This document shows, in pieces, positions 38,804-47,956 of a stretch of 64,000 bases of DNA; position 1 is the first letter of the stretch; each line of letters starts with the position of its first letter. Origin of the DNA: Candidatus Micrarchaeia archaeon. GTDB taxonomy: Archaea > Micrarchaeota > Micrarchaeia > CAILAH01. Under the pieces are notes generated by a model. That model did no database searches and was not told the DNA's origin. It saw nothing but the letters and a program-made list of their open reading frames with translations. A program made the position numbers and the translations under genes. The stretch is taken from NCBI GenBank assembly GCA_038874595.1, contig JAVZCB010000001.1, forward strand, positions 96,001 through 160,000, given 5' to 3'.

Positions 38804-39074
38804 TGGGGCTGCCCAGATTTCCACGCCTCTTCTCGTGCAGATTTTTTTATCCTGCAAAGAGAGGGCTTTGAACTGGGGTCTCCAACTTATCCGAAGAGAT
38901 AAATCTCTTCAACCCATCCCAGAGGTTGAGAAGGGAGGGGCTCTGCCTCACCCATGAAGATCCACTTTGTTGTGGATACATCTCAACACCCCGAAGGGGT
39001 TGGGTTGAGAAGGGAGGGGCTCTGCCCCACCCTTCTCCCGAAGCTGGAAGCATACCAGGCTAGCCCACAGCCCC
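38804..39074 (-). tRNA. tRNA-Pro(CGG) with two introns: 37/38 (38888-39036, 149 nt) and 59/60 (38818-38866, 49 nt)
   Basis: Spliced: GGGGCTGTGGGCTAGCCTGGTATGCTTCCAGCTTCGGG^AGTTGGAGACCCCAGTTCAAA^TCTGGGCAGCCCCA; BHB helices TTCG/CGGA and TTCA/TGGA. Confidence 0.92.
38924..39032. repeat. 30-bp direct repeat inside the tRNA-Pro anticodon intron (38924-38953, 39003-39032)
   Basis: ggttgagaagggaggggctctgcc(t/c)caccc, 1 mismatch, 79-bp period. Confidence 0.92.
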
Positions 39075-39111
39075 ATGCTTATTACTAGCTCACCAATTTC
39101 CTCGCAACGTT

Positions 39112-40482
39112 TTAGAGGGATTGATGCGCACCATACATCTCAATATCCTTTTTTATATCCTTAGATTTAGCGATTATACTTTTTAAATAGTTTGACCTTT
39201 TTGCAATCTCATCATAGATTTTATTTTCTCCTACACCATTTGCAAACGCAATCTCCTCGATTATGCGCGACTTTGCAGGTGTACGCACAACAGTATCCTT
39301 TTTTGGGTCGTACAAGTACAAATGCCGTATCATTATGGAGCCACGGCTCTCAGCCAGCTCGCACACTTCAACGACTTTCCTAACCTCACGCACCTTCCCA
39401 TCACCATTAAATTTAAGGAACCTTCTTTGAACAATCACTAAGTCAATCGCATTAAAATCAGAGGGCATAACTTCATTGTAACGCAAACGGGATACAAGCT
39501 CTTTTGCACTATGCGCGTGCATAGTTGCATAACAGCCGCGGGCCTGGCCAGCATTCATGCTTTCAATCATTGCAAGTATCTCTTCTTTAGAGCGCACTTC
39601 ACCTATGATCACTCTATCTGGCCGCATACGGAGACTATCCTCTATCAGGTCTTTCATCTCAATCCCGAGCTGTGGGTTGGTCTTCATTTTGACCTGATGT
39701 TTATGCGGTATTACTATCTCAGGTGTTTCTTCAAGGAGTATTATACGCTCACTTGGCGGTACAAAGGAGAACAGCGCATTCAACGTGGTAGTTTTACCCG
39801 CAGCTGTATTGCCGCAAATTATTACATTTTTATCATTCTGGAAAACTGTCCATAAGAATGCGAGCAGGTCATAATTGTATCCAGTTTTAATCAGCTCACG
39901 TATAGTCAGGGGCGTTTTCTTGAACTTCCTGATTGTAAGCTCAAGGTCAGACACAGGCTCTATGGTTGCGTGCAATCTTGAGCCATCCGGCAGCACAGCA
40001 TTAAGCCGTGGATTCTGCAATGTTATTCGCCTACCAATTGTCCTGGACATTTTATTGATTATATCGATAATTGCTTCCCGCTCGATGAACATTACATTAG
40101 TATCAAGCCATCCCTTTTCACGGTGGAATACAAATATTGGATTATCAAGACCTACAACCGCGATCTCCTCAAGCTCTTCATCTTCAAGCAAGTATGTAAT
40201 CGGTCCGAACGCATACGTTGCAAGGTACGCCGCATCGGTAAGGTATGTTATCTGGTCTTCATCAGCACGAATATTATTTCTCTGCAGGTTTTGAATCAGA
40301 AGCTTGTTAACAATCTTTTTAGCTGCGGCACCATTCTCAATAACTTCATCTTTAACGGTATCGCTGAATTCCTTGCATACATTGTTTATTACATCTATCT
40401 CTTCAAGGCTTAGCTTCTGGACCGGAATTTTATACTGCCCACCGTCAATTACTTTCCATCCAATCCAAGACATTACGTACAC
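39112..40482 (-). CDS. Type II/IV secretion or pilus assembly ATPase (VirB11/CpaF family)
   Basis: LPDGSR, TIRKF, GNTAAGKTT, EETPE, LRMRPDRVIIGEVR, TMHA. Confidence 0.92.
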   Translation of the reverse strand: MYVMSWIGWKVIDGGQYKIPVQKLSLEEIDVINNVCKEFSDTVKDEVIENGAAAKKIVNKLLIQNLQRNNIRADEDQITYLTDAAYLATYAFGPITYLLEDEELEEIAVVGLDNPIFVFHREKGWLDTNVMFIEREAIIDIINKMSRTIGRRITLQNPRLNAVLPDGSRLHATIEPVSDLELTIRKFKKTPLTIRELIKTGYNYDLLAFLWTVFQNDKNVIICGNTAAGKTTTLNALFSFVPPSERIILLEETPEIVIPHKHQVKMKTNPQLGIEMKDLIEDSLRMRPDRVIIGEVRSKEEILAMIESMNAGQARGCYATMHAHSAKELVSRLRYNEVMPSDFNAIDLVIVQRRFLKFNGDGKVREVRKVVEVCELAESRGSIMIRHLYLYDPKKDTVVRTPAKSRIIEEIAFANGVGENKIYDEIAKRSNYLKSIIAKSKDIKKDIEMYGAHQSL

Positions 40483-40487
40483 CTATG

Positions 40488-41267
40488 CTATTTTCCAAAT
40501 CTTCGTTCCCTTTTTGAATATTCTTTAAGTATCTTCTCAAAATCTTCCTTTGAGAAATCTGGCCAATACTTATCAACAAAGAACAGCTCACTGTAAGCAC
40601 TCTGTAGAGGAAGCAATCCTGAGAGCCGGTATTCACCGGAAGTACGGATAATCAGGTCAGGAGGCTGCAAATCGCCGGTCCACAGGCGTTTCATAATCTC
40701 TTCCTCATTTATCTCAGTGATTATACCTTTTTTGTAGTCCTCTGCAACTTTATGTATACAATCAATAATCTCAGGCTTACCCCCATAATTCAGCAGGAAA
40801 TTGACACGATACTCCCCATTTTTTGAGGATTCCTTCTCGGCCCTTTTTATATACTCTTGCAGACGCTGTGGCAAATCATCAATCATCCCATAGAACTTTA
40901 TACTCACTTTTGGGTACTTACTTTCGTTTCCAGCCTCTTTTTCTTTCTGTGCGCGCTGTAGTATCTCCATAAGCTTTGTTTCAAACAGGCGCATCAGGCC
41001 CTCGACCTCTTCATTTGTCCTGTTTTTATTTTCAGTTGAGAACCCCCAAAAAGTTGCTGTATGTATGTTATGCTCTTTGCACCATTTAAGCACTTCACCA
41101 ATTAATTCAATACCTGCCTCATGCCCTTTAATTACATCTAACCCACGTTGTTTAGCCCACCTGCGGTTGCCATCTGGGATGAAAGCAATATGATCCGGTG
41201 TTTTTACTTCAGTATTCCCAGTTTTGCCAACTGGTTGTGAGTGTGCAGTGGACGTAATATATATCAC
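40488..41267 (-). CDS. uppS: cis-prenyltransferase (polyprenyl diphosphate synthase)
   Basis: HIAFIPDGNRRWA, FSTEN, PDLIIRTSGEYRLS, RERRFG. Confidence 0.95.
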   Translation of the reverse strand: MIYITSTAHSQPVGKTGNTEVKTPDHIAFIPDGNRRWAKQRGLDVIKGHEAGIELIGEVLKWCKEHNIHTATFWGFSTENKNRTNEEVEGLMRLFETKLMEILQRAQKEKEAGNESKYPKVSIKFYGMIDDLPQRLQEYIKRAEKESSKNGEYRVNFLLNYGGKPEIIDCIHKVAEDYKKGIITEINEEEIMKRLWTGDLQPPDLIIRTSGEYRLSGLLPLQSAYSELFFVDKYWPDFSKEDFEKILKEYSKRERRFGK

Positions 41268-41435
41268 CCTCTCTTCTTAAACCAACATTCCAATTATTAC
41301 CAGCTGTTACTGGAAGATATATGTACTTTATACAGGTGTGCTTTTTTAACTCTTTGATTGCCCGAGATGCGGTATGATTTAAACGCTTGTTGCAATAATA
41401 TTACCATTTATGAACTGCAACCCTTGTATACCTAC

Positions 41436-42377
41436 CTATTTTTGTGAGATTGGTTCTCCTAATAATATTTCGCATCCTGCAGGCAGTGAGAGCTGTCCTG
41501 CACCAACCAGCTTTACATATCCTATAAGCGGTAACGTAAGCCATGAGCGCCCGAGCACCTGCGATGCGCTGGCGATCGAATTTGTCCGCCTTAAGTTCTT
41601 ATCATAGGCTTGCACATCAAACATCGGGTTATTATCCCCTTTTATTAGATAATAGCTTTCCCCATCTACATTTATTTTTACGATTGCCCTGTGTATTATA
41701 TCACCAATCTCTGAAAACAGGTCCTCTTTTTTAGGCCTGTATACGATTATATCCCCTGTACGGTCGACTGCACTGAAATAATGCCCTGCAATTGTGACCC
41801 CTTCGGTACACACAATCTCCCCTGGTTTCCCACTTACCTTTATGCTGCACAATGAGCATTTATATTGCAATACCTCCCCCTTTGCTTCCAGTCCTGTTTG
41901 TGGGTTTATTGTGCACGGCCTTACAGTTATGCCGTCATCTGAGCACTTGCCACATACATAATGCTCCTCACCGTTTTGTAGTATTTTATTGAACTGCTCT
42001 TTTGTTAATGATACTTCGTATGCTTTGATGGGTGCGTTCTGGAGCAGCACAACATCACCGCGCTGCAAAGTATTAAGCATACTGCAGGAGACAACGGCGT
42101 TAAAAGGTGAGGATGTCCCAAGCAGTATGGATGCTGCAAACAGGACAGAGAGTGCAACCGCGATTGCAATTACAATTTCCCTCAATTCGTGCATTATTCC
42201 TTTTTCTCTTGCGCTCTCGATGCTTTCTGCAACTACCCCCAGTATGAAAAATATCGCAGCGGTTATTGCAAAAATATCAATACGCACAATTACAAATATT
42301 ACTACAAAAGCTATCGCGAGAATATAGAACCATTTGTTCTTATTTATTTTTTTTATGGGTGCTAAGTCTTCTTCCAT
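41436..42377 (-). CDS. Signal peptidase I (S26/Sec11 type) with Cys-rich insertion
   Basis: VVSCSM...LQRGD, GDIIVY, IIHR, KGDNN. Confidence 0.85.
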   Translation of the reverse strand: MEEDLAPIKKINKNKWFYILAIAFVVIFVIVRIDIFAITAAIFFILGVVAESIESAREKGIMHELREIVIAIAVALSVLFAASILLGTSSPFNAVVSCSMLNTLQRGDVVLLQNAPIKAYEVSLTKEQFNKILQNGEEHYVCGKCSDDGITVRPCTINPQTGLEAKGEVLQYKCSLCSIKVSGKPGEIVCTEGVTIAGHYFSAVDRTGDIIVYRPKKEDLFSEIGDIIHRAIVKINVDGESYYLIKGDNNPMFDVQAYDKNLRRTNSIASASQVLGRSWLTLPLIGYVKLVGAGQLSLPAGCEILLGEPISQK

Positions 42378-42395
42378 TAAATAAACACCTATCAC

Positions 42396-42920
42396 CTATT
42401 CATATTTGATATTTGTTGCATTTTTGATGCATCTTGCAAATATGTCCGCAACGCGCACCGGCTCATAGCCTATCTTACGCACAAGCCCGACCGCCTCACT
42501 ATAAGTTATGCCCGAGTAAGAAATATAATACCTACCAATCTTGAAAATCTCCTTAAGAAGAGATAATTTGTGTGGAAATTTCCTGGCAAGCGTACTTTTC
42601 AGCGCAGTGCCACGAACTTTCCTGTCTGTGATGCATACAACACCGCAATTCAGCTCTTTACTAATTTTATCAATATCAACTACGTTAAGGCCGGCTAGCG
42701 TGATGCTATGCACAAAAACAACTTTGCCCTGGTTTCCATATTTCTTTTTGAGCAGCTTTATAATTTGGTCTGTGGAGTCATCCCCATCAACCGTGACGCG
42801 TGTAACCAGTGCATCTTCAACCTTTCCATATCGCATCACAATAGCAACAAGCACAGTTTCTCTGTCACCGCGTCTGAACGGTGCATCATCAATCCCAATT
42901 ATACGGATTCCCGTTTTCAT
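42396..42920 (-). CDS. DUF99 family (endonuclease V-like) protein
   Basis: IIGIDDAPF, VTVDGDDST, AGLNVVD, EPVRVA; conserved position after rpoL. Confidence 0.9.
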   Translation of the reverse strand: MKTGIRIIGIDDAPFRRGDRETVLVAIVMRYGKVEDALVTRVTVDGDDSTDQIIKLLKKKYGNQGKVVFVHSITLAGLNVVDIDKISKELNCGVVCITDRKVRGTALKSTLARKFPHKLSLLKEIFKIGRYYISYSGITYSEAVGLVRKIGYEPVRVADIFARCIKNATNIKYE

Positions 42921-43183
42921 TTTGAGAATGCACTTTTAATATCCTCCAATGTGCCGATAGCCTCTTTTAATGCTTCCTTTAATAATTTCCGCGCTTCACC
43001 CTTTTTGGTTTTTAGCACAAGCAATGGCGGGTCCCTGCTTGGATGGCCTATCACATAAGTCACAAATTCCACATCCTTATTCTCGCTTAGTATATCTTTA
43101 AGAATAGCAGGTATGCTATATTCCTCCCCAATGAATTGTACTTCTATATGGTTTTTTTCATCAACAATAAAATTTACTTTCAC
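42917..43183 (-). CDS. rpoL: RNA polymerase subunit Rpo11 (L)
   Basis: GEEYSIPAILKDIL...VEFVTYVIGHP; csl4-rpoL-DUF99 synteny. Confidence 0.9.
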   Translation of the reverse strand: MKVNFIVDEKNHIEVQFIGEEYSIPAILKDILSENKDVEFVTYVIGHPSRDPPLLVLKTKKGEARKLLKEALKEAIGTLEDIKSAFSK

Positions 43184-43749
43184 ACCATCACCTCAATATA
43201 CGAGGACGAAATTTTTCGTGTCTCCGTCCTGTTGCAGTTTGAGCAGAACAATTTATTATCCTTATTAAGCACCAGCGGCCTCCTGCAGTTTGAGCAGAAC
43301 GCTTTCATCACGCCAAGGTCCTTGCCTTTCATTATAACATCTATACCTCCGCGCTCAACCTTTGATACCTCAACTTTGACAATATCACCTACACGGACGG
43401 CCTCAGACATATTTTTTAAGAAGACACCAAAAGACTTGACACCTTCTATACGCATCATTGCAGAATCATTTGCCAGGTTTACCCTCTTGTCGTTACCATC
43501 CTTTTCATAGTCAAACAACGTCATCATCGCATGGGTTTCTCCAACACTATCAATTATTGCGTAAATTTTCTGCCCAACCTTGACGTTGACCGCGGTGGCA
43601 AAGCTGGGTTTTATACTTATTGTTCTTGTTTTTTCGTCAACCAGTTTATCCCCGCATAGAGATGCGCGCACCAGCTCATTCTCTATATAAGTGCCATCCC
43701 CAGCTGCAAACTCAATTTCTTCTCCAAGCACTTTGCCCGGTGTTTCCAT
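43180..43749 (-). CDS. csl4: Exosome RNA-binding protein Csl4
   Basis: PG...E...GDGTY, S1 domain, DLGVMKAFCSNC...CSNC..E.RKIS. Confidence 0.93.
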   Translation of the reverse strand: METPGKVLGEEIEFAAGDGTYIENELVRASLCGDKLVDEKTRTISIKPSFATAVNVKVGQKIYAIIDSVGETHAMMTLFDYEKDGNDKRVNLANDSAMMRIEGVKSFGVFLKNMSEAVRVGDIVKVEVSKVERGGIDVIMKGKDLGVMKAFCSNCRRPLVLNKDNKLFCSNCNRTETRKISSSYIEVMV

Positions 43750-43801
43750 AGCTAGTTTAAACGTTATTAGGTTTAAATACTTTCTAAAACAATTTTAGCT
43801 G

Positions 43802-45019
43802 ATGCCTCGCAAAACCCTTATATTATGTATTGACAGGGATGCTGACCTTAAAGAGAAAATAGGCGTTGTTGGCCCAGTTGTCGGGCGGGCGCGCAATATT
43901 GATGTGGCCAACCGCCTCCTCCTGGCTGACCCCGAGGAAGTTGACGGTAATACAATATTTGAAGCAGTAAAGCTGTTTGATTCAATGAAAGCAAACGGTG
44001 AGGATGTAGAAGTGGCAACACTTACAGGTGACCCATCACGGGGTTATGTGGCAGACAGGGAGATTGCAGAACAACTTGATAAGGTGTTAACTGAGTTTCC
44101 TGCGGAGGCTTGTATTTTTGTCAGTGATGGCGCAGATGATGAGCAGATACTTCCAATCATAAATTCCAGGATGAAAGTTGACAGTTTACGGCAGGTTTCT
44201 ATGAAGCAGTCAAAAGAACTTGAGAGGACATATTTTCTTATCTTAGACAAGTTGAAAGAGCCGTACTTTGCAAGAATGTTTATCGGCTTGCCAGCACTTA
44301 TACTTCTAGCACTTGTTGCAAGCTATTCACTCGGGTTTGAATGGAAGCCTGTTGCCGCACTTGTTGGTATTTACCTGCTTGCGAAGGGGTTTGGCATAGA
44401 AGATAGGATAATCTACATGCTTTCCCATTTCAAGGTTAGTGCTGAGGAGGTCAGTACTATTGCCTATGTAATAGCAATGCCTTTGTTTGTGCTTGCACTA
44501 TGGCTATCCGCGGATGATTACATAAAGACGGCTGCATCTATGGATAATCTCAAGGCGATAGGTCACAGTGTGCGCTCACTTGTCATTTTTATTGTGCCAC
44601 CAATGGTACTCATATATCTTGGAAAGCTTTATGATAATATCAGGGATGGTAACAGTCTTGGAACTTTACGTATGATGTTTTATGTTATTATGACAGGCAT
44701 TACGTTGTATCTGGTATGGGTCTTTGCAGGATGGGTGATTGCCGAAGTGTATTTCAGTGAATTTGTTAATGCGCTCATTGCAAGCATCATACTTGGAGCT
44801 ATTACGATGGAAACAGTACAATATCTAAAGAGAGACACTATAAAGGGTGTTGACCTGCTCGGCAAGGAGGTCTATTCATCATCCGGCAATTATCTTGGCA
44901 GGGTTGTATCTGTAAGTGATGAGGATAAGGATTTTGTATATATTAATCCCTGGAAGAAAAAGCAGGTATGTGATTATGATAAGATAAAGGATATTGATAC
45001 TAGGATTAATCTTATTTGA
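43802..45019 (+). CDS. DUF373 family membrane protein with C-terminal PRC-barrel-like segment
   Basis: LCIDRDADL, DPEEVDGN, VSDGADDE, KQSKELERTY. Confidence 0.9.
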   Translation: MPRKTLILCIDRDADLKEKIGVVGPVVGRARNIDVANRLLLADPEEVDGNTIFEAVKLFDSMKANGEDVEVATLTGDPSRGYVADREIAEQLDKVLTEFPAEACIFVSDGADDEQILPIINSRMKVDSLRQVSMKQSKELERTYFLILDKLKEPYFARMFIGLPALILLALVASYSLGFEWKPVAALVGIYLLAKGFGIEDRIIYMLSHFKVSAEEVSTIAYVIAMPLFVLALWLSADDYIKTAASMDNLKAIGHSVRSLVIFIVPPMVLIYLGKLYDNIRDGNSLGTLRMMFYVIMTGITLYLVWVFAGWVIAEVYFSEFVNALIASIILGAITMETVQYLKRDTIKGVDLLGKEVYSSSGNYLGRVVSVSDEDKDFVYINPWKKKQVCDYDKIKDIDTRINLI

Positions 45020-45031
45020 AAATAGAAGAAG

Positions 45032-45496
45032 GTGGATATATCAATGATACCTGAATCGCAATATATTGAATCGACGATTGTGGTCCGTGATATGCGTATG
45101 CCGCAAGAGGTAACGCTGACCAAAGCGTCTTTGATAAGATGGTTAGCCCTTGCGCTGGGCTTGATTAATCCCAACGAGTCACGCAAATCCTTAATAGATC
45201 TTGTTGAGGTTCTTCTCAATCACCAGCTTAGAACAAGGCAAGGTATGTCTGTTGATGATATTATGTCTGCGCTCAAATCTGCAGGGAAGGTGTGCAGTGA
45301 GAAAACTGTTAGGTATCACCTGCTGAGGATGGAGAGACGCGGTGTGGTGCGCAGGAAGAATAAGGAATATTCATTTATCATATCAGACCTGGATGATGCA
45401 GGCATTGAGTCAATAGCAGATTCTTATGATTTGAGATATAAAAGTGCAATGGATAAGATAAGGATTGCACTTTCCAAGCTTAAAGGGATGTACTGA
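45032..45496 (+). CDS. Conserved hypothetical winged-helix protein
   Basis: RWLALALGL...SEKTVRYHLLRM. Confidence 0.75.
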   Translation: MDISMIPESQYIESTIVVRDMRMPQEVTLTKASLIRWLALALGLINPNESRKSLIDLVEVLLNHQLRTRQGMSVDDIMSALKSAGKVCSEKTVRYHLLRMERRGVVRRKNKEYSFIISDLDDAGIESIADSYDLRYKSAMDKIRIALSKLKGMY

Positions 45497-46428
45497 TGAC
45501 CCGTGTTTTTGTAACTGGTGGTACCGGAAGGCTTGGTGCATATACTGTTCAGCTACTTCTCAGGAATGGGTATGAAGTTGTTGCATTGAGCCGGGATAAG
45601 GAAGTTCCAGGATGCATTACAGTGAAAGGAAGCATGTTTGATTTTGATTATTCAAAGATTAAAGGGTGCACTCATGCAATCCATCTTGCAGGCACAACCG
45701 ATATGTCTTTGCCTCCTCAAACAATCTATTCGCTTAATGTTGAAGGGACAAAAAGCATTGTTGAGCGCTGCTCGCAAGCAGGCATTCCACATTTCATATT
45801 TATAAGCTCAATCTCGGTTTATGGAAAGCTGGACAATAAGAATATAACCGAGCGCACGCCACTGCACCCTGATACGCCATATGCAAAGAGCAAGTTCCAA
45901 GGTGAGATGGTCGTTCATGGATATTCTGGTGATGTATGCATCTTGCGCCCTTCTATAATATACGGCCGCGGGTTTGATACCGGGTTTAGGACAGCTTATG
46001 ATATGATAACTTCTGGCAGAATGCTTCTGGTTGGGGATGGTAACAACCACGTTCCTCTGGTTCATGCGAGGGATGTGGCAAATGCAATCCTGCTAGCAGT
46101 TGCAAGTGATGCACGTGGGATATACAATGTAAATGATGAGCGTGAGCTGACACAGAAACAGCTTGTTGATTATGTTGCTAAGCTTACTAACTCTTCAAGC
46201 GTGCGTACCAGTGTACCTAGGTTTGCGGTGGGACCGCTTCTTGCAATTTATAATGTCTTGCGCTCGCTAAAAGCCAAACCACCAATTCCTTCTGAATTTA
46301 TTGATATGCTTGCTACGGACAGGGTCATAAAAACAGGGAAAATACAGGAAGAGCTTGGGTTTAATAATTCGTGCACAGTTGAGGAGGGTGTAAGAGAGTT
46401 TGTTGAATACCTCTCAACTAAACAATAA
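45496..46428 (+). CDS. NAD-dependent epimerase/dehydratase
   Basis: TGGTGRLG, YAKSK, LRPSIIYG. Confidence 0.93.
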   Translation: MTRVFVTGGTGRLGAYTVQLLLRNGYEVVALSRDKEVPGCITVKGSMFDFDYSKIKGCTHAIHLAGTTDMSLPPQTIYSLNVEGTKSIVERCSQAGIPHFIFISSISVYGKLDNKNITERTPLHPDTPYAKSKFQGEMVVHGYSGDVCILRPSIIYGRGFDTGFRTAYDMITSGRMLLVGDGNNHVPLVHARDVANAILLAVASDARGIYNVNDERELTQKQLVDYVAKLTNSSSVRTSVPRFAVGPLLAIYNVLRSLKAKPPIPSEFIDMLATDRVIKTGKIQEELGFNNSCTVEEGVREFVEYLSTKQ

Positions 46429-46430
46429 AA

Positions 46431-47381
46431 TCATAAGTCCCTAGCTGCTTTTTTGAGTGTTGACCAAAACTCTTTTTCTGCCTCTTTCCATTCATTTTCA
46501 ATATCTGGGCGGAGTTTTGTGCGTGACAGTATTGTGTTGTGGAACAGTTCAAGCCCGCCAATTCTTCTTTCTAGGCCGAACGTTCCTGAAACCGAAGTTG
46601 CACGCGGAATTATATGTATTTTAAACATGTCCTTATCATATTCCGAAATCATCCAGTTTACCCCAATCCCTGAGGTTACCCGGGTATTAAGAAGGAACTC
46701 TATGTTGTTTAGATTGTCTGTAGAAATACCATATAACCAGGCAACCCTTTCAAGATTATGATAGCCATACCCATACTGCACAACTTGCTCGTACATTCTG
46801 CTTTGCACTAAACGGAAGAAGCCATCAAACAGCTGTGGGATAATGCTTCTAATATAATCGTACAAATCATTCCTGTGAATCTTACGCGTAACCGCAGTAT
46901 CATACCCGTTGCAGAGTGTCAAATGCCCGCTTTCAACAAGAATAGGCACCGATAACGGGTCAGCTATCAGGTTTTCAGCAGATTTAAGCTCAAGATATTT
47001 TGACTCTTCCACCTTTGAACAAAGAAGATGGATGTGTAAGTGCCGTATCGTTTGCCCGGCAACAATCCCAAAATTGCCAAGTGCGGTTGCACCGGGGAAG
47101 TGTTGTAGTATTTTGCCGATAGCTGTGAACATACTATCAAACTGGTTCTTTGATATATTATGGAGTGTAAGCAGATGCTCTTTTGGTGTGATAATACAAT
47201 GTTGTGGTATATAGGGATACTTTGCCTTAAGTATCCTCCAGTTTGAGCTGCTTTCAACCAAAGGTTCCTCAGCAAGCGTACAAAATCTGCAATTTGATAT
47301 ACCCTTGGTCTTCATCTCTCTTGATGTGAATGAAGGTGTTTTTTCGTCCCATCTAGGTGCCTTGATTTCATAGACGACCAT
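46431..47381 (-). CDS. HIT family hydrolase with C-terminal extension
   Basis: CRFC, KYPY...H, AGQTIRHLHIHL. Confidence 0.82.
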   Translation of the reverse strand: MVVYEIKAPRWDEKTPSFTSREMKTKGISNCRFCTLAEEPLVESSSNWRILKAKYPYIPQHCIITPKEHLLTLHNISKNQFDSMFTAIGKILQHFPGATALGNFGIVAGQTIRHLHIHLLCSKVEESKYLELKSAENLIADPLSVPILVESGHLTLCNGYDTAVTRKIHRNDLYDYIRSIIPQLFDGFFRLVQSRMYEQVVQYGYGYHNLERVAWLYGISTDNLNNIEFLLNTRVTSGIGVNWMISEYDKDMFKIHIIPRATSVSGTFGLERRIGGLELFHNTILSRTKLRPDIENEWKEAEKEFWSTLKKAARDL

Positions 47382-47491
47382 ACAGCGATATTATGAAAAA
47401 TTATGGATTAAAAACATTTTGGTTTTTTGTGAAGCAAAAATGCGGGCGGCTGCGCCAAATAAAGCAGAATGGCCAAAAATAAAATGGGTAA

Positions 47492-47950
47492 TGGACCTGC
47501 GCGGAATTGAACCGCGGATCTCTCGCGAAAGGGGGCATGTTTTCTTCAGCATTTTTGGCTGAAGATAAATTACCTTTCCCCACCAATCCCATATTTTAAT
47601 GGAGTTGGGTCTTATGGGGCGTCTTTGGGCTTGCCAATGACGCGTCATTTTCCCGAAGGGAAAATGCACGGAGGGGGACACCTCCCCCTCACATTCCCAA
47701 TACCTCAAAACCTCCTTAGAGGGGGAGTTGGGTCTTATGGGAGAGGGGGACACCTCCCCCTCACATTCCCAATACCTCAAAACCTCCTTAGAAGGGGAGT
47801 TGGGTCTTATGGGAGAGGGGGACACCTCCCCCTCACATTCCCAATACCTCAAAACCTCCTTAGAAGGGGAGTTGGGTCTTATGGGAGAGGGGGACACCTC
47901 CCCCTCACCCATATGTGAGGCGAGCGTCTTAACCACTCGACTACAGGTCC
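47492..47950 (-). tRNA. tRNA-Val(CAC) with 386-nt insertion/intron at 37/38 (47528-47913)
   Basis: 5' exon GGACCTGTAGTCGAGTGGTTAAGACGCTCGCCTCACA; 3' exon CGCGAGAGATCCGCGGTTCAATTCCGCGCAGGTCCA; all stems pair. Confidence 0.9.
47671..47908. repeat. 72-bp tandem repeat, 3.3 copies, inside the tRNA-Val intron
   Basis: Units start at 47671, 47743, 47815 and 47887; one substitution in copy 1; 18-nt sub-motif ggagttgggtcttatggg recurs at 47601-47618. Confidence 0.97.
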
Positions 47951-47956
47951 ATTTGT

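Noticed and set aside
47671-47908. CRISPR array (22-bp palindromic repeat with 50-bp spacers)
   Set aside because: The spacers are identical to each other, the array lies inside a tRNA gene, and no cas operon is present; it is a tandem repeat
26396-47950. Group I or group II self-splicing introns in the tRNAs
   Set aside because: No terminal G after a U-G splice site, no recognisable P7 or domain V, most are too short, and five of six show BHB-type pairing
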